From assembly GCA_965153285.1 (NCBI GenBank), contig OZ229119.1: 64,000 nt of DNA. One strand, given 5' to 3'. Below, one piece after another: positions 13,757 to 27,522 of this stretch. Positions within the stretch are counted from its first letter, which is position 1; every line of letters begins with the position of its first letter. Source of the stretch: Podarcis tiliguerta (Eukaryota). The translations under genes and the position numbers were made by a program. The notes under the pieces are model-generated. The model saw only the letters and a program-made list of their open reading frames with translations. It did no database searches and was not told the origin of the DNA.

Positions 13757-14244
13757 CTTAAACAGCCTATCAAAAAGCAGCAAATCAAGTGGGGGGGGGG
13801 GGATAGATTTGTGTGGTATCTGAAAAAACAAGTAATTGGTTAATTTATATGATGACATATAATTAAATTGCATTTGCAAACCCGTTACTAAATGTGAGTG
13901 AGTTTATCTGAAAAAATTACACTAAATTTATCATTCTAAAATGTAATAAAAGCTATCAGTTTCTCAGCTTGATCCCTGCGCTGGCCTAGAGTAAACTTCT
14001 CATGTAAAGGAGTTTCATTATTGGCAAGCACCTCTTGCAGCTGCTTATGAGGAGGCACTCTGAAATTGGGTAGGGTGGGCTTTATTCCTCCATGCCATCT
14101 CCCAACAGCCAAAAAGGGTGAGGGATGGCAAAACATGGCACAAGCAAAGAAGAAACAAGGAGGGAAACATGGAATAAAACAGAGTCCTATTACCAAGGCA
14201 AAAGGGGCAGCAGAAGCTTGAATGATGATGCTTTTGTCTTGCAG

Positions 14245-14308
14245 GTAAATAGAGAAATTGTATCTGGCTTGAAATATGTGCAGCACACTTACCGGACAGG
14301 GGTGAAAG
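14245..14308 (+). CDS. ARHGDIB: RhoGDI2 coding exon 4 (64 nt)
   Basis: ttgcag|GTA AAT...; [21 protein letters not shown]; donor AAG|gtaagt. Confidence 0.97.
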
Positions 14309-14787
14309 GTAAGTAAAAATGAGCTATTTTTCTACTTCCTTAGCAAAGCTTCTTCCCACCTCCCTGCATACTGTTCTCCTCTACTGCTTCAGTTCACCTA
14401 ATCCCACTCACTTTCCCATGTATTCCCCATCACTTTCCAAACTGCAAACATTCAATTTTTTTAAAGAAGCTGAATTTGTTGTGTTAGGGCAATAGACGGC
14501 TTTGATCAAAATTAAATGCATAAACTTAGTTTGGATATGCCCTTGGACCCCTTCCACAAAATACTGCCAGTTTGGAGGCAACCTAGTTTATGGAAAGAGC
14601 ATTAAAATTCTTTCTGGGCTATTTTCTGTGCATGGTTGCAGAGCAGCAGCAGTGTACACAGGACTGCCTCAGTACAGGCTGATGCAGCAGAGAAACTGCA
14701 GAGCCGAGCTGCTTGTGTGGCTGTCTCTCCGCAGCCTGTGTTTGTGCCCTACCTCTGATGACTTTCTTGCGGGCTGTTCTCTCCTAG

Positions 14788-14987
14788 TGGACAAAGTGAC
14801 ATTCATGGTGGGCAGCTATGGGCCACGGCCGGAGGAATACGAATTCATTACACCTCTCGAGGAGGCACCTAAAGGCATGATGGCTCGAGGAAACTACCGC
14901 AACAAGTCCTTCTTCACCGACGACGACAAGCACGACCATCTCACCTGGGAGTGGAACTTGGCCATTAAGAAGGAGTGGACAGAATGA
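14788..14987 (+). CDS. ARHGDIB: RhoGDI2 last coding exon
   Basis: tcctag|TG GAC...; [34 protein letters not shown]...[13 protein letters not shown]. Exons total 603 nt = 200 aa + stop. Confidence 0.97.
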
Positions 14988-15483
14988 GCTCCACCTTGTT
15001 TCTCCTCCCCCTTTGCTTCCTCCTGCCTCTTGCACTGTTCTCCAGGTGTGCCAGTCTCTGGCTCCTGCATGCCACGCTTCCTCCAACACTCCCCAACCTG
15101 GCCCTTTTACTGTCACAAGAAATTCTGTTTTAACACAGGCCTTGGGACAGACTCTGTCTCTCCTGCGCTGAAAAATAAACCACAAGGAATTAAAACTGGG
15201 ACAAGTCATCCTCTCTGCTTGCATAGGATCAGTCCTTGAAGTGCCTTTGCTAGGAAGACGCACAGATACTAACCCAACACAATTGCTATCTAGGTTGTCC
15301 CCATTTAAAGATCTATGGCCATTAGCCTAGTTTCCTTGCAGTCTGTATTCACTGGAAACATACTTGCCTATGAGTGGATTCTATCTAATTTAAGCTTGTT
15401 TTTTGTGCGCGGAAAACTTGCCTTTGAGAGTAGCAGGAGACACAGTTCCTGCCCTGGCCTGTGAAAATGTCTGTGTCTTTGAA

Positions 15484-15489
15484 AATAAA
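15484..15489 (+). terminator. ARHGDIB: Probable ARHGDIB poly(A) signal
   Basis: AATAAA followed by a GT/T-rich tract; an alternative AATAAA lies at 15174-15179. Confidence 0.55.
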
Positions 15490-16372
15490 GCCAGTTTTGT
15501 CCTTTGCTTCCGAGTGTCTCGTGTTTCATATAGTAAATGGATTTGTTCCTTCCTTTGCACATGCAGAATGTCAAACATATTCAGATCTACAATGAATTTT
15601 AAAAATAGATCCGAATACTTTCGTGGGTCGGTATTGTTTGACTTAGGGTTTCTCCCTCCCTTTTACTGAAGCATATTTATTGAGTGCTTACACTCCACAA
15701 GGTGCAGCATGGAACATAGATATGACCTAATCCTTGTCCAGAGGGCATGGTGTTTATGAGATACTGTTCTAAGAAGGGAGGGGACCTGTCATCTATCTGT
15801 GTCATCTCAGAAGAGGCATTCCTCCTCCCTCACATGGAGGGGATGCATACCTCTCCTGAGATTAGGCAAGCAGTATTGAAGAGCACATAAATAATGGCTT
15901 TTCCCTCAGCACTATTGTTTCATTCCTATACAATATTCATGCAGATTTAATCAAGTAAATACATTAAATTAAACTACTGGGATACCTTTAACTGAGTGAA
16001 GCTCAATTAAAAATGGTTTGGGGGCAAGCAGTGACAACCCTGGAGTGCCCTGGTTGCAGAATAAGTGGGAGACAAGGCACTGGTTATAATAAATAAGGTC
16101 TTTGTTATCTTCGCTGTGCCTAGACCACTATGAAAAAGGGAGTCCTATTGCTAACAAAATGAGGAACAGAACACTTGCAAAAGGAAACCTCCGGGAGCCT
16201 CCTGCCCCTGAACTCTCTTATCTTGGGAAATAACAGCTCTGAACATACCCAGGTGTTTCACTCCCACAGCTTTAAGTGTTGCCACATCAGATTCGGGGAC
16301 AGATGGCAAGTCCCCTTTCTGATATCTGGCTCGAAGCAGGGCTCGTGGCAAGGAGAGAAACGAGGCAAGGCA

Positions 16373-16466
16373 ATGAAAACCTCTCTCTTGCAGCAGTGGT
16401 TCCTTACCTCCCTTCTCAGTTGTGTCTTCTTGTTGGGATGTGCTGAGAAGGAGCCAGCACCCAAAG
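16373..16466 (+). CDS. ERP27: ER resident protein 27 exon 1 (signal peptide)
   Basis: MKTSLLQQWFLTSLLSCVFLLGCAEKEPAPK with hydrophobic signal; donor AAG|gtaagg; 94 nt. Confidence 0.85.
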
Positions 16467-16739
16467 GTAAGGGAGGAATGGCTTGAATTCCAAAGAAGTG
16501 GTGAGGCTGGGGGGATTGGCACATAGAGTAGGAGGGCTCATCCAGATCGAAGCAGCCATTCTAGCTGAGGTACTGCTGCTCCCAACTGAGAATGTGGGAA
16601 GTGTTCTGAAGGCAGCCATGAAGGCTCATCACTTCTGTCTGTGAAATCTGATAAAAGCTTTCAAGGAGGGTCGGGTACAGTGTGTGTGCATCCATGTGGC
16701 TACAAAAAGAGGCTGGCTATACCTTCCTCCACTTCTTAG

Positions 16740-16840
16740 GTACCCCTGAAGATGCGAGAAAACCAGTACAGTTGGAGGATGTTGCAGCCGTGGCCGCATT
16801 TGTCAGTGCAGCTGAGGTGGTTGTCGTTGGATTCTTCCAG
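16740..16840 (+). CDS. ERP27: ERp27 exon 2
   Basis: tcttag|GT ACC...; TPEDARKPVQLEDVAAVAAFVSAAEVVVVGFFQ (PDI b-domain VVGFF); donor CAG|gtttgt. Confidence 0.93.
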
Positions 16841-17109
16841 GTTTGTTGAGATGACTCTGTAGCTGTAGACTTAAACTTTCATGCTGGGCACTATAGCACA
16901 ACCTCCTTACAACCCTGTATTATGTGGAGAACCGTGTAAAAAATAGTTGCTCCCATCTATGGTTGTTAAAATTTTGTCAGCAAAAGTAGTTGGACTTTTG
17001 TGAGCAGTGACGATGTCATAGGAGGACAATATAACACCTTAATGCTGTCTGGTTCAGGAAGGAGACTATGACTGTTGTGTGAGCACACAGCCCAAGTTCC
17101 AAAAGCATA

Positions 17110-17466
17110 AAGGTAAAGGTACCCTTGACAGTTAGGTCCAGTCATGGACAACTCTGGAGTTGCATGCTCATCTTGCTCTATAGGCTGAGGGAGCCGGCGT
17201 TTGTCCGCAGGCAGCCTATGGGTCATATGGCCAGCATGACTAAGCTGCTTCTGGCAAACCAGAGCAGCGCACGGAAACGCTGTTTTCCTTCCCACCAGAT
17301 CAGTACCTATCTATCTACTTGCACTTGACGTGCTTTTGAACTGCTGGGTGGGCAGGAGCTGGGACCAAACAACGGGAGCTCACCCCTGTTGCGGGGATTT
17401 GAACCGTGACCTTCCAATCCGCAAGCCCTAGGCTCTGTGGTTTAGACCACAGTGCCACCTGCACCC
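17110..17466 (-). mobile_element. Sauria-type SINE, full length
   Basis: (ACCTTT)n tail, tRNA-like head with B-box (GGTTCAAATCCCC on the minus strand), TSD AAAAGCATA on both sides. Confidence 0.85.
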
Positions 17467-19189
17467 AAAAGCATATTGATCCCAAAATTATCTTGAGTAC
17501 ATAGTTTTCTCCCTCCTCAGTTTTCGGTGTGTTTTCTAAAGGTCATTTCTCACATTTATGGCCAGCATCAGTACTTGACATCCTCTGGCAGCTTCCAGGG
17601 CCCAAATGACCCAGTAAGGATCAATGTTTGTCATGGCTCCTCCTCACCTGGTAGCTACAAGCTACTACTACTATATCCCCCCCCCCCCCCCACACACACT
17701 ATAGAACACCTGATATAGTGACACTGGAGCATTGTGGGAAATTAAAAATGGCAGTTGTCCGGTGCTAATGGGAGGAATGTCACTGCCAAACGGGCGGCGT
17801 TTCCTGTTTTGTCACAACAAGAAGTGCTGCCGCTGTTGCCCTGCACCACTTGTTCTGCTGCTTCTGCCACTGATTTCTGGTGGGATTGTGCCAATTTCCA
17901 GTGAGAGCTTGCTCTCCAAGCATTGCATGATCTCACTGGAAATTGGCGCGATTGCACCGGAAATCAGCACTGATGCCGGTGCTGCTTCTCTGCCAGAAGA
18001 GTCCCCGCACAACAAACCACCGCCAAGACTCAAATAAAATGTGTACAAACAGAAGGCTCCTTCAAAAGAAGGACTGTTCTCTGTAAAGTAGGACAAACAA
18101 CAATCCTAGCAATAGTTCAATGGACTTACTAAACATTGTGCTGTACTTCAACCGAACATTGCACTGCTATTGTTAAAAATATCACTATATCTCTGTAAAC
18201 ACACTGTACAAATGTGAAGCCAAGTTTTCAAAGGCTTGGAATTTGGTTCGTCCAGCTAAAGCCCAGTTGATTAATCACTGAATACTCAAAAGCGCTTTCT
18301 TCCTCAGTTTGAACTTACTGATGTGTTTTCAGTCCACACTTCTGCTTCCACTCTAGAACCAGCTGCTCAACAATAATAATAAAATGATGAAGAGGCCTTT
18401 GTTTAATATGAGGTCTCTCTCTTCTACCCCTGTTATTTTCAACCCAACTCCTTTTCCCCAACTGAACCACATTAGCTGTAAACTTTGTTTCAATCTCAGT
18501 TTCGATCTCTGTGAATTTTAACTTGATTGAAGACAGTTTCAGGAAATAGATGTTTTAAAGGGCCAACTGTCACTGTTATTTGAGATGTAGAAAGGATGCA
18601 GAGCAAAATTATCTTAAAATATTTGATAAGTTGTGCATTCCCAGTCTCTGAGCGCTACCTCATATTATACTGAGAGTCTGTCTAAAGATGCAAGGAGGGC
18701 TGGGATGGAATGAGTCAGGAAAAAAAACAGCTATGTGCGGTTCACCAACACCTTGACATCCTTTTTTGATGGTGACAGAGACAGATATTTAATGTGTTTT
18801 AATGCCTACTCTTTAAGTACCCATGAAACAGTCTTAGACTCTCAATAAGTAGATAGAGATTGCTGTATTGGCTCCAAAGGACAGAAAAACAGGTGGTATC
18901 TCCCAGTGAGGAAGTGCTGTCGTCTACAGTCTCAGGGCCTAAGGTTCAACAGAGCACAAAGGAAAGTCAAGCACTCTGCACTATTTAAGGAGCCTCATGA
19001 CTTTCGTTGCATCTGGTTTATAATTGCAGCCATGGTAGCAGGAATGTATTGCTCATTCTCTTTTAAATACAACAGGTGACCAGTCTGGAAGGTCATCCAG
19101 AATATTCATTTATTGAGGGATGTCCAGTAATCCTTGTCATGGAATACTGACTCATGCAGAATAAGGGCCGCTAGAGAAACCTGTTTAGG

Positions 19190-19295
19190 AAAGTTTTTAA
19201 TGTTTGAGGTTTTATTCTCTTTTTAGTGTTCCGTTGGGAGCCGCCCAGAGTGACTGGGGAAAGCCAGCCAGATGGGTGGGGTATATATAATAAAC

Positions 19296-19337
<42 letters not shown>
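19190..19337 (+). mobile_element. L2-like LINE 3' end with (ATT)n tail
   Basis: GGGAGCCGCCCAGAGT...GATGGGTGGGGTATA...AATAAA followed by (ATT)n. Confidence 0.6.
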
Positions 19338-19339
<2 letters not shown>

Positions 19340-19892
19340 CTGCACAACTACAAGCAGCCGCTAGATGTCATCATCCTTCACTTAAATTGCAGTGGAAAGC
19401 CAAAGCCCTGAAGAAAATCAGAGGCAGAGATTTCTGCCTACAGAGCTGCTTTCTTAGTCTTTATTTAGTACATTTTCCTGCTCTATTTTTCTCCACACAC
19501 CCCCATATCCTCCACCTTTCTCTTTTCCTCTCATTCTACCTCTTTAAGGGTACAGCTACACTATAGACTGAAATGACTTTGATAGTTTTATAGGGTGGTC
19601 TGGATGACTACTCATGGGTCCCCTCCAACTTGTGATCCTATATTTATTAGCTTAGAATCTATAAGAAGAAACCTGTTGAACCAGCCAAAGAAGTTCCTTT
19701 GCTAAGGTAATGGCTTCAGCTGGCCAGTTAAGTACTTCCATTTGCATGTCCAAAGAGTGAGCTCTGTTGCCACACAGACTAATGGGCAAGACTTCCCATC
19801 TTATATTGATGCCATCATCATAGGAAGGAGAACAATAAGTTGTGCCTCCCCCATTTTTTTTTCCATTCTCTTTCTTCCCCTCTCCTTTTCAG

Positions 19893-20030
19893 GATCCAGA
19901 GCGACCAGAACTTTCAGAATTCCTTAAAATGGTACAAGATATGCAAGATGTACCGTTTGGGCTCTGCACCTCCTCGAATGTTCTTTCCCATTATAATGTC
20001 ACAACAAACACCATCTCCCTCTTCCGTATG
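19893..20030 (+). CDS. ERP27: ERp27 exon 3
   Basis: tttcag|GAT CCA...; DPERPELSEFLKMVQDMQDVPFGLCTSSNVLSHYNVTTNTISLFRM; donor ATG|gtaggt. Confidence 0.94.
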
Positions 20031-21889
20031 GTAGGTTTTTGTTCTTTTGCTTGTAGTTCTGCTGCTTCCAGCAAACAGGTCAGTGGTGGCTGATGCCCAT
20101 TGGAACTGGTAGGGTAGAAGGCAGGGAGGCCAACAGCAGGTGGCGCCATAACCAAGGACAGGCCAAGCCAACTGATTCCAGTCTTTAACCTCTTTACTGA
20201 GTTCTACAACAAGCAACACTGAGGCAAGGAGGAGGAAGCTGATAAGCAATTCTAACCCCCTGCTTATAAGTAAGAAGGCGGGCAGGTGGAGGGTGGAGGC
20301 AGGTGAAGAAGCCTTCGCTGATTCAGGTGCTGCTGTAACTTGGTGTGTTAACTGGGTTCTCTTCCTCCGACAGTCTCTTGGTAGAAATCAATATTATACT
20401 CAGAAGGAGAGGCTAAGTCTTTCCAAGAGCAACAAAAAAGACCTGGAATGCGCTAGGTAGGAATGTTGGCCCATGAAATCTGTACGCTCTACATACAAAG
20501 CATGAAGAGAACAACCCTCTCCTCTCTTGCTTTTAAAGGCCAATGGAATATTTTGGAAGGACTTTAGTTCAGCTACAACTTTGCTAAAATGAAGATCAAA
20601 GGCTTGCAATCCTGATTAACATATGCCCAGTAACCATAGACTTGTAGACTTTGGCAAGACACGTATGACTGTCTCATTAAAAACAAATTCATGTCAGCTG
20701 CCCTGTGGCAATTACTAGAACCTCTAACATAACACTTGACCACTGCCTTGCTGTTCTAAGATTGAACGGTCACACGCATCTGACTTCCCTGTGCAGTGAG
20801 AAGGTCCAGGGGTGCAGAACTTAAGCGGAGTTTGATTTCTTTGGATCAAGGGATCAGTGGAGCCGCATAGTGTAGATACGGGTCATTGGTTTAGGAATCA
20901 GGCAGAAAATGTAAACAGCTTGTCTATGGACACCCTTACATGGAAAAATCAGATCTAAGCAACTTGTTGTGCAAGATAACACCCCTGTCTGGACACAGCC
21001 AATCAGTCTAGGCTAGGTTTTTTGATGGATACATTTCCCCCTGATTTCCTATCCTAATTGCTCCTTCAGTCAACTACTAGAGTTCTCCCCCACCCCGAAA
21101 ATATCATTGCAATAACTGTTTCAATTATTGCCATGCAAAACCATAAGTAAATAAATAATAGATTAAATGGCTGTTTTAGATTAAAAGCATCCAGGATTTA
21201 TTTATTTTTAAGTTGTGCTCCTATGGATGCCCTCTGGGGCCAGGGTGCCAATCTCATCAGGTATAAGTCTACTAGCAAAAAACACTCACTAACAAAGGCA
21301 GGGCTGCAGATGCAGAGCAGTCCAAACAAACCCCAGAAAATCAGTCTCGGAACCAAAACATGATCCAAAGGCAAGGCAACAGTCCAAGATCAATATCACA
21401 GGGAGTTCAGGCGAGATACAACACCGCAAAGGAAATAGCAAAGAGCCAGAGTCCTGTGTTGTTTCCAGCATCTGGAAAGCCCCAAAGGGAAACCTTATAC
21501 ATGCTGACCTCCTAGACCACATCCTAAGCACAGCTGCTAATAGTGAAGGTATTCCAGACATTGCTTACTTAGAAGGAGACCCCTTACAAGCCACATGGAG
21601 GATCTGGATCTGTAGATACAGGCTATGTTGCTGCCATTCAACCCCCTAAGCCCTGGCCCTTGAGAACCCCAAGTGTTCTTAAGGACTAGATGGTGGTGGC
21701 TCCTCCTCTGACAGTTCCAATGGTTCTTCAGCCCACTGTTCATTTCAAAGGACCCTTCCTGCTCCTCCAGACCCTTGGCCAGTGGTGTGTCTGATTTGTC
21801 TTCTGAGAACCCCCTGACTGACACCAGGTTGGGGCTATGCATGAGAGGTAGCCATAGTGATGAAGACCCTCAAAGGGAATAAGTTAGCT

Positions 21890-22143
21890 TAGGGATCAGC
21901 AAACTTTTTCAGCACGGGGCTGGCCCACTGTCCCTCAAACCTTGTGGGGGGCCAGACTATATTTTTTTTTGGGGGGGGGATGAATGAATTCCTATGCCCC
22001 ACAAATAACCCAGAGATGCATTTTAAATAAAAGCACACATTCTACTCATGTAAGAACATGCTGATTCCCGGACCATCCATGGGCTGGATTTAGAAGGTGA
22101 GTGGGCCGGATTTGGCCCCCGGGCCTTAGTTTGCCTACCCATG
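21890..22143. mobile_element. hAT-like MITE
   Basis: Termini TAGGGATCAGCAAACT / AGTTTGCCTACCCATG; TSD not cleanly resolved. Confidence 0.6.
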
Positions 22144-22479
22144 ATTAGCTGGTGTGCTCACTCCCTTCCATCTCTCATGGGGCAGGCTACAGTCTATGGT
22201 GTGTTGCTGTCCTACCGCTTTCACACGTATGTTTAACTTGAACCTGCAGGACAAATAAAAGAGCAGCAGGAAGTGACTCCTGGGCATGATGTCCATTAGG
22301 GGAATCAGCTGGATCAGACTAATTAAAATGTACAGGACTTCCTGGAGTAAGCCATTAAGTCTATGGGTGGTGGTGAAGTGAAATAAAATTTTGTCTGAAT
22401 ATCTTTTTTTAAACCCTGCACATAGAAAATGGACATGTTTGTGTAGAGCAGCATCCCTTTCTCTGATATGGTAGCTTTC

Positions 22480-22770
22480 TGTTGATGGTTAAACTATGGA
22501 ACTCGCTCCCAATAGGATGGCTTCTTTTAATGAGGATTAGACAAACTCATGGAGGAGACGGCTGTCGAAGGCTACAAGCCGTGACTGGAGTCAGCAATGC
22601 TTCTGAATACTAGTTGCTGGGGTGGCACAGGACGGAAGAGTACTCTTGCGCTCGAATCCTGTTTGCTGGTTTCCCACAGGCAACTTAACAATGCAGCCAC
22701 TGTGAGAGCAAGCTGAGGGACTAGATGGGCCACTGGCCTGATCCAGAAGGTTCTTCTTAGGTTCTGATGC
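22480..22770 (+). mobile_element. LINE (CR1-like) 3' fragment
   Basis: Same family recurs at ~27740-28040 and ~38330-38425 (GGACTAGATGGGCC...GATCCAG...TTCTTA(T/G)GTTCT tail). Confidence 0.6.
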
Positions 22771-23024
22771 TGTTGGTGTTTCATTCAAACAAGTGTTCTC
22801 CTTCCTGCAAGCTGAAGTAGCATTACTCAAGAAGGCTGCTGCTGTTGAAGTTTGGTAAACATACTACAGAAAGGAATAGTAAGGTTAAGACTGCTGGTAG
22901 AAACTTAAGGTTGATTAATCGGAGCAGACAAAGCCATTCTGAGCACATCCTGCATCTGGCTTGAACTAATGAAACTTAGGAAACAGGCAGGCAGGCCTTA
23001 AGTTATCTACCTTACCAACAAACT

Positions 23025-23285
23025 TGTTTGCTCCTGCTCTGGAGGGTAGGACTCGAACCAATGGATTCAAGTTACAAGGAAGGAGATTCCGAATAGATGT
23101 GTGGAAAACCTTTCTGATAGTAAGCTGTTCGACAGCGGGATGGTCTCCCTTGGGAGGTTGCAGACTCTCCTTCTTTGAAGGTTTTTAAGCAGAGGTTGGA
23201 TGGCCATCCGTCATGGATGCTTCAGCTGAGATTCCTGCATTTCAGGAGGTTGGGACTAGATGACCCTTGGGAGTCCATGAGTCTA
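23025..23285 (+). mobile_element. CR1 LINE 3' fragment
   Basis: ORF2 end (..VFKQRLDGH..) followed by the GATTCCTGCATT...GGACTAGATGACC 3' UTR. Confidence 0.8.
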
Positions 23286-23505
23286 AGCAGTTACTTAAGG
23301 AGGAATCCACGAATGAAGAATAGCTTGCCTTTCTGTCTATTGCTGCTGCCGCCCAGTTCTGGTAAAATATTGCAAGTGTTACTGCTTGATTCCCATCAGT
23401 TAGCACACTCTTACTTTTGCTTTATGTTGGCCCTTCATGGCAAGTCCATTTCCCCCCTGAACAAATGCCCAAGGCAGGGACAGATCAACTAGTGTTACCT
23501 TCTAG

Positions 23506-23508
<3 letters not shown>

Positions 23509-23545
<37 letters not shown>
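23509..23545. repeat. (CT)n microsatellite
   Basis: Direct reading. Confidence 0.95.
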
Positions 23546-23548
<3 letters not shown>

Positions 23549-24253
23549 TGGCTGCCTATGCTCTCTTCATCCTCCCTCTGCTACTTGCCCTTCCTGCCAC
23601 TAGGCCAGCCTGGCAGAGCTTTGCTGCTGATTTCCAACTCTCTTCAGCCTTTACCAGTAGGGACTTCCAAAAGGGCTAGACAGCAAAATTCAAATCACAC
23701 TAGTAAATGAGCTGTGGTCAGGAAGGTATCCCCCGCCACTCCCCTCTCTGTGGGAGAGGTGGCAAAGCTAACAATGCTCTTATTTACTTACTGGCAGAAG
23801 CGGGAGAAGGAATGGAGGGGGTGTACAAACACAGCCCCCGTTGGTAACCTGACATTGCAGTTCATAGCAGTGCACAGGAAATCCTTCAGCTTACTTTGCG
23901 TAGGCATATTGGGAGCAGCTTCCTTGGCTAGGTAGCATCCTGGTTTGTTGTGGTCTTTTGTCAGCCCAGAAGCCTTCAGGGAAGGAGGCGGCTTGCTGGG
24001 CTGTGTGTGCTGTGTGGGGTGGGGTCCGAATCCTGGGGCAGAGCAGGTTAGCGCTTCCAGTCATGAAGAGAACTTGGTTGCTGCAGGCATAGATGCTTGC
24101 CATATCTAGATGTAGGGGTAGAGCGATGGGTTAGTTGTAGCTTCCAATTTAGTACTGGAAGTTGACTATGGGTCACTCCAATCTTTTTCTTTATTAGGGA
24201 GGCAAGTCTCTCTAAACAGCAGCAAGTCTCTAAAAAGCCCTTTATCCCAATTA

Positions 24254-24484
24254 CAGTGGTACCTTGGGTTACAGACGCTTCAGGTTACAGACGCTTCAGG
24301 TTACAGACTCCACTAACCCGGAAGTAGTACCTTGGGTGAAGAACTTTGCTTCAGGATAAGAATAGAAATCGCACGGCAGCAGCGGGAGGCCCCATTAGCT
24401 AAAGTGGTACCTCAGGTTAAGAACAGTTTCAGGTTAAGAACAGACCTCCAGAACGAATTAAGTTCTTAACCCGAGGTACCACTG
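24254..24484. mobile_element. Tc1/mariner-type MITE, copy 1
   Basis: TA|CAGTGGTACCTTGGGTTA ... TAACCCGAGGTACCACTG|TA. Confidence 0.9.
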
Positions 24485-26902
24485 TATAATGGTGGCCTTA
24501 TTCCTCACAGCTGGGCAAAGTAACTTGGTTATGGCTTCATCTGGGATTTTAAAATGTTGTGCAAGTTAGAGGGGGCTGGTAACCTATTTGGAATGGAATA
24601 CTCTCACCTTCACTCCCAAATTTATGAAGTACAATGAAATGTGGCAAGTTTGTTAGGATGACTCACCATTAACTTTGTATGTAATTTCAACAGGTGTTAC
24701 AAATGGAAACCAGATTTCACTGGCCTGTTTCCATTGGTCATAACGTTCCTCTTCCAAAGACTCTTCAAAGATCTGTACTGTGAGGGAAATAAACATCATC
24801 ATTTGATTGTGGAAGGCCGACAACCTAAATACACCCTTCTAGATTCATGTTTGTCCTTAACATGAGATAAACAAATAGATGCAGCTAAAATTAAACTAGG
24901 TTGACAGGGTAGATATACAGCTTTGCCAATCGTCTTGCAAAAAAGTTGAAGAATTTATATAGTTCCCTCTCAGCCTGCCTTCCCTTGAATAAATTTGGAA
25001 GAAGTGAAAAGAGGTGCGGGGAACTGAGGCAGGAGTCCAGAACAAAATATCTGTAGAATTGTGAAAAAATGCATAAGAAAAAGAATCAAGCAAGTCCAGC
25101 TGTGTTCAATGGGACTTATTCCCAGAAAAGCGTGGATAACACTGTGGCCTTAAGTTGCAATCCCTCCTCGCTTGCCTGGGAGTAAATGTCATTCAGTGCA
25201 GAAGGACCTAATTCTGGGTAGACATGGCTACTGTACTCCAATCAAACTCAAAGAAGCAGTTTATGGCTCTGGCCCTGATTCAAAGGCCTATTGCTTTCAG
25301 TGAGACAAGCCTCATTCATTGTAATAAGAGTAAAACAGGGATTGTCAAACTTCTGTCACATTTCATCCCCTTAATGGAAGAACAGACTTAATTTCCCAGG
25401 AAACGTAGGTAAAATCTGCCCTGCATTGGAGTTATTTCAATAGGTTTACTTTTTCTGCCTGTGCAACCCATTTGCATTTCCTCCCCTGTTCTTTCCAGGG
25501 TTCTCTTTGGCGTGGGGTGAATTTGCATTTGATGCCATTTTGACAGTCCCTATAGTTCTGTGAGTGACAAATTCATCTTTCCATTGACTTTGTAAAAACA
25601 TCCCAACAGCTTCTACTTTCAAAGGGACTCTGCACTTGCTCAGAAACACTGTGCCATTAAAAAAACAACAACCACAGACACACATTCCTGGTTCCCTTCA
25701 TAAATAACTGTTTCTGTGCATGTAGCTGTGTTAAAGCCTGTTTTAACCCCCCCGACCTTAATGCGCATTGCATGTCTTCCAAGAACTTCAGCTTGAGATA
25801 CCATCATTTTTGCAATAAAAATAACATGACTCTTGAGCCCTGGCCCAATCCAGTGGGATTGGATGGGTCACACCACCCAGTGTCTGTGGGTGTATATATG
25901 TTTGTAGGCATGTCAATAGAAAACACACGCGCACACACACATCATGATTTTTTTCTAGAACAGGGGGGAAATGTAAAGCATTAGACTTGATCAATGTTCT
26001 TGCAGTAGTCTGCAGTCTATTCCAACCCCCAATGAAGAAGCTTTCCACTGACTCTGGTGGTCCTTGGAAACATCCCAAAGGTTTATGTACTCTGGCTCAC
26101 TTTAGTTTAGTGCCAGTCTAACACTCTTTACTTTCCATGGAGCTGCTCTTGTTTTCCTTCCAAGCTTGTGAGAGAAGACTCACTCCTCAGTCCTCTCAGC
26201 TGTGGCCTGAAGAGGGCTAGTAATGCACCAGAGTCAAGAACTAGCTCCAGGGAAAAGCAAATGAGGACTATGTTGGTAGATCTGTTTCTGGAAATGACAA
26301 CTCCATTTATGGCGTATGACAGTATAGGATTTCTATGTGCCATTTCCTAAGTTCCATATATCTCGTCCATAATATTCTTTTAAAAAATAATCACAAGGAT
26401 TCAGCTTTGCCTTGCTGGGTCAATACATTAATTGAACACCTTATTATTCCTCTGGGATTTCTTGTTGAATTTTCGTTTCCTGCCTGCCGACCTATTAAGA
26501 GGTCCATCAGGAAGATAGATCCAGGAAGATGTCAAAGAATCTTTTCCAAAAAAACAGTATTTGTGGAGCCTGAATATTTTCTTTTCTTGATCTGCTGGAA
26601 AAATTCCTCTATTTATTGGAGAGGATTCTTGCTTGCACAATGTTTCCAGGAAATCCATACATGCCTGTGCCAGTGTTTATTAGGTTTAGAAGTAATGAAG
26701 TGAGCAGGCAAATATTTTCAAAAAGGAAAGAGATTTAGGTTGGTTTAAGATCCTTTTTCCAGAGGTCCCACAAATGTTTGCTTGCTAATTCCCATATCTC
26801 TAATGTCTAGGGCAATTTAATGCAACTGATAACAGCCACATCTGATTTTATTTTTAAAATATTTCTATCATACCCTTCAGCTTATGGCAAAAGAGCAAAT
26901 TA

Positions 26903-27145
26903 CAGTGGTACCTCAGGTTACATATGCTTCAGGTTACATACGCTTCAGATTACAGACTCTGCTAACCCAGAAATAGTGCTTCAGGTTAAGAACTTTGCTT
27001 CAGGATGAGAACAGAATTTGTGCTCCGGCGGCGTGGCAGCAGCAGGAGGCCCCCATTAACTAAAGTGGTGCTTCAGGTTAAGAACAGTTTCAGGTTAAAT
27101 ACGGATCTCCGGAACGAATTAAGTACTTAACCCGAGGTACCACTG
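26903..27145. mobile_element. Tc1/mariner-type MITE, copy 2
   Basis: Same TIRs, TA TSD. Confidence 0.9.
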
Positions 27146-27522
27146 TAAAAAGTTTATTCGAGGCTCTGGGATAAATCAGTAGGATAGTCCTCATGAAAAT
27201 CCTACGCCAAAAGTGAACCATACACAGGAATGCATACTGTGTGTCTGTGGGAGTGGAAATATAATGTATTGCTGCCTCACAGCTGGGTTGCATGGAGATT
27301 AACTGTTTTTTAGGGGGGGGGGCTGAGGTCTTAGAACTTCCATAATCTGGCTAAGGACCCCATCCTGGGCAGGATTGGGTGCGTCATACAAATAATTTAC
27401 TGGGCCCAGAGACCCTATTGGCTTTCCTGCCTCCCAAGACACATGACATTGATTTTGCAAGTCTTTTAAGGGACAGTGTCTGGGGCAGAGTGACAACGGT
27501 GAGGCTATTTGCTTCGCTTCAG

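Noticed and set aside
14784-15263. 159-aa antisense ORF over the last ARHGDIB exon, and most other short ORFs in the track
   Set aside because: Shadow or chance ORFs with no domain; many have non-ATG starts.
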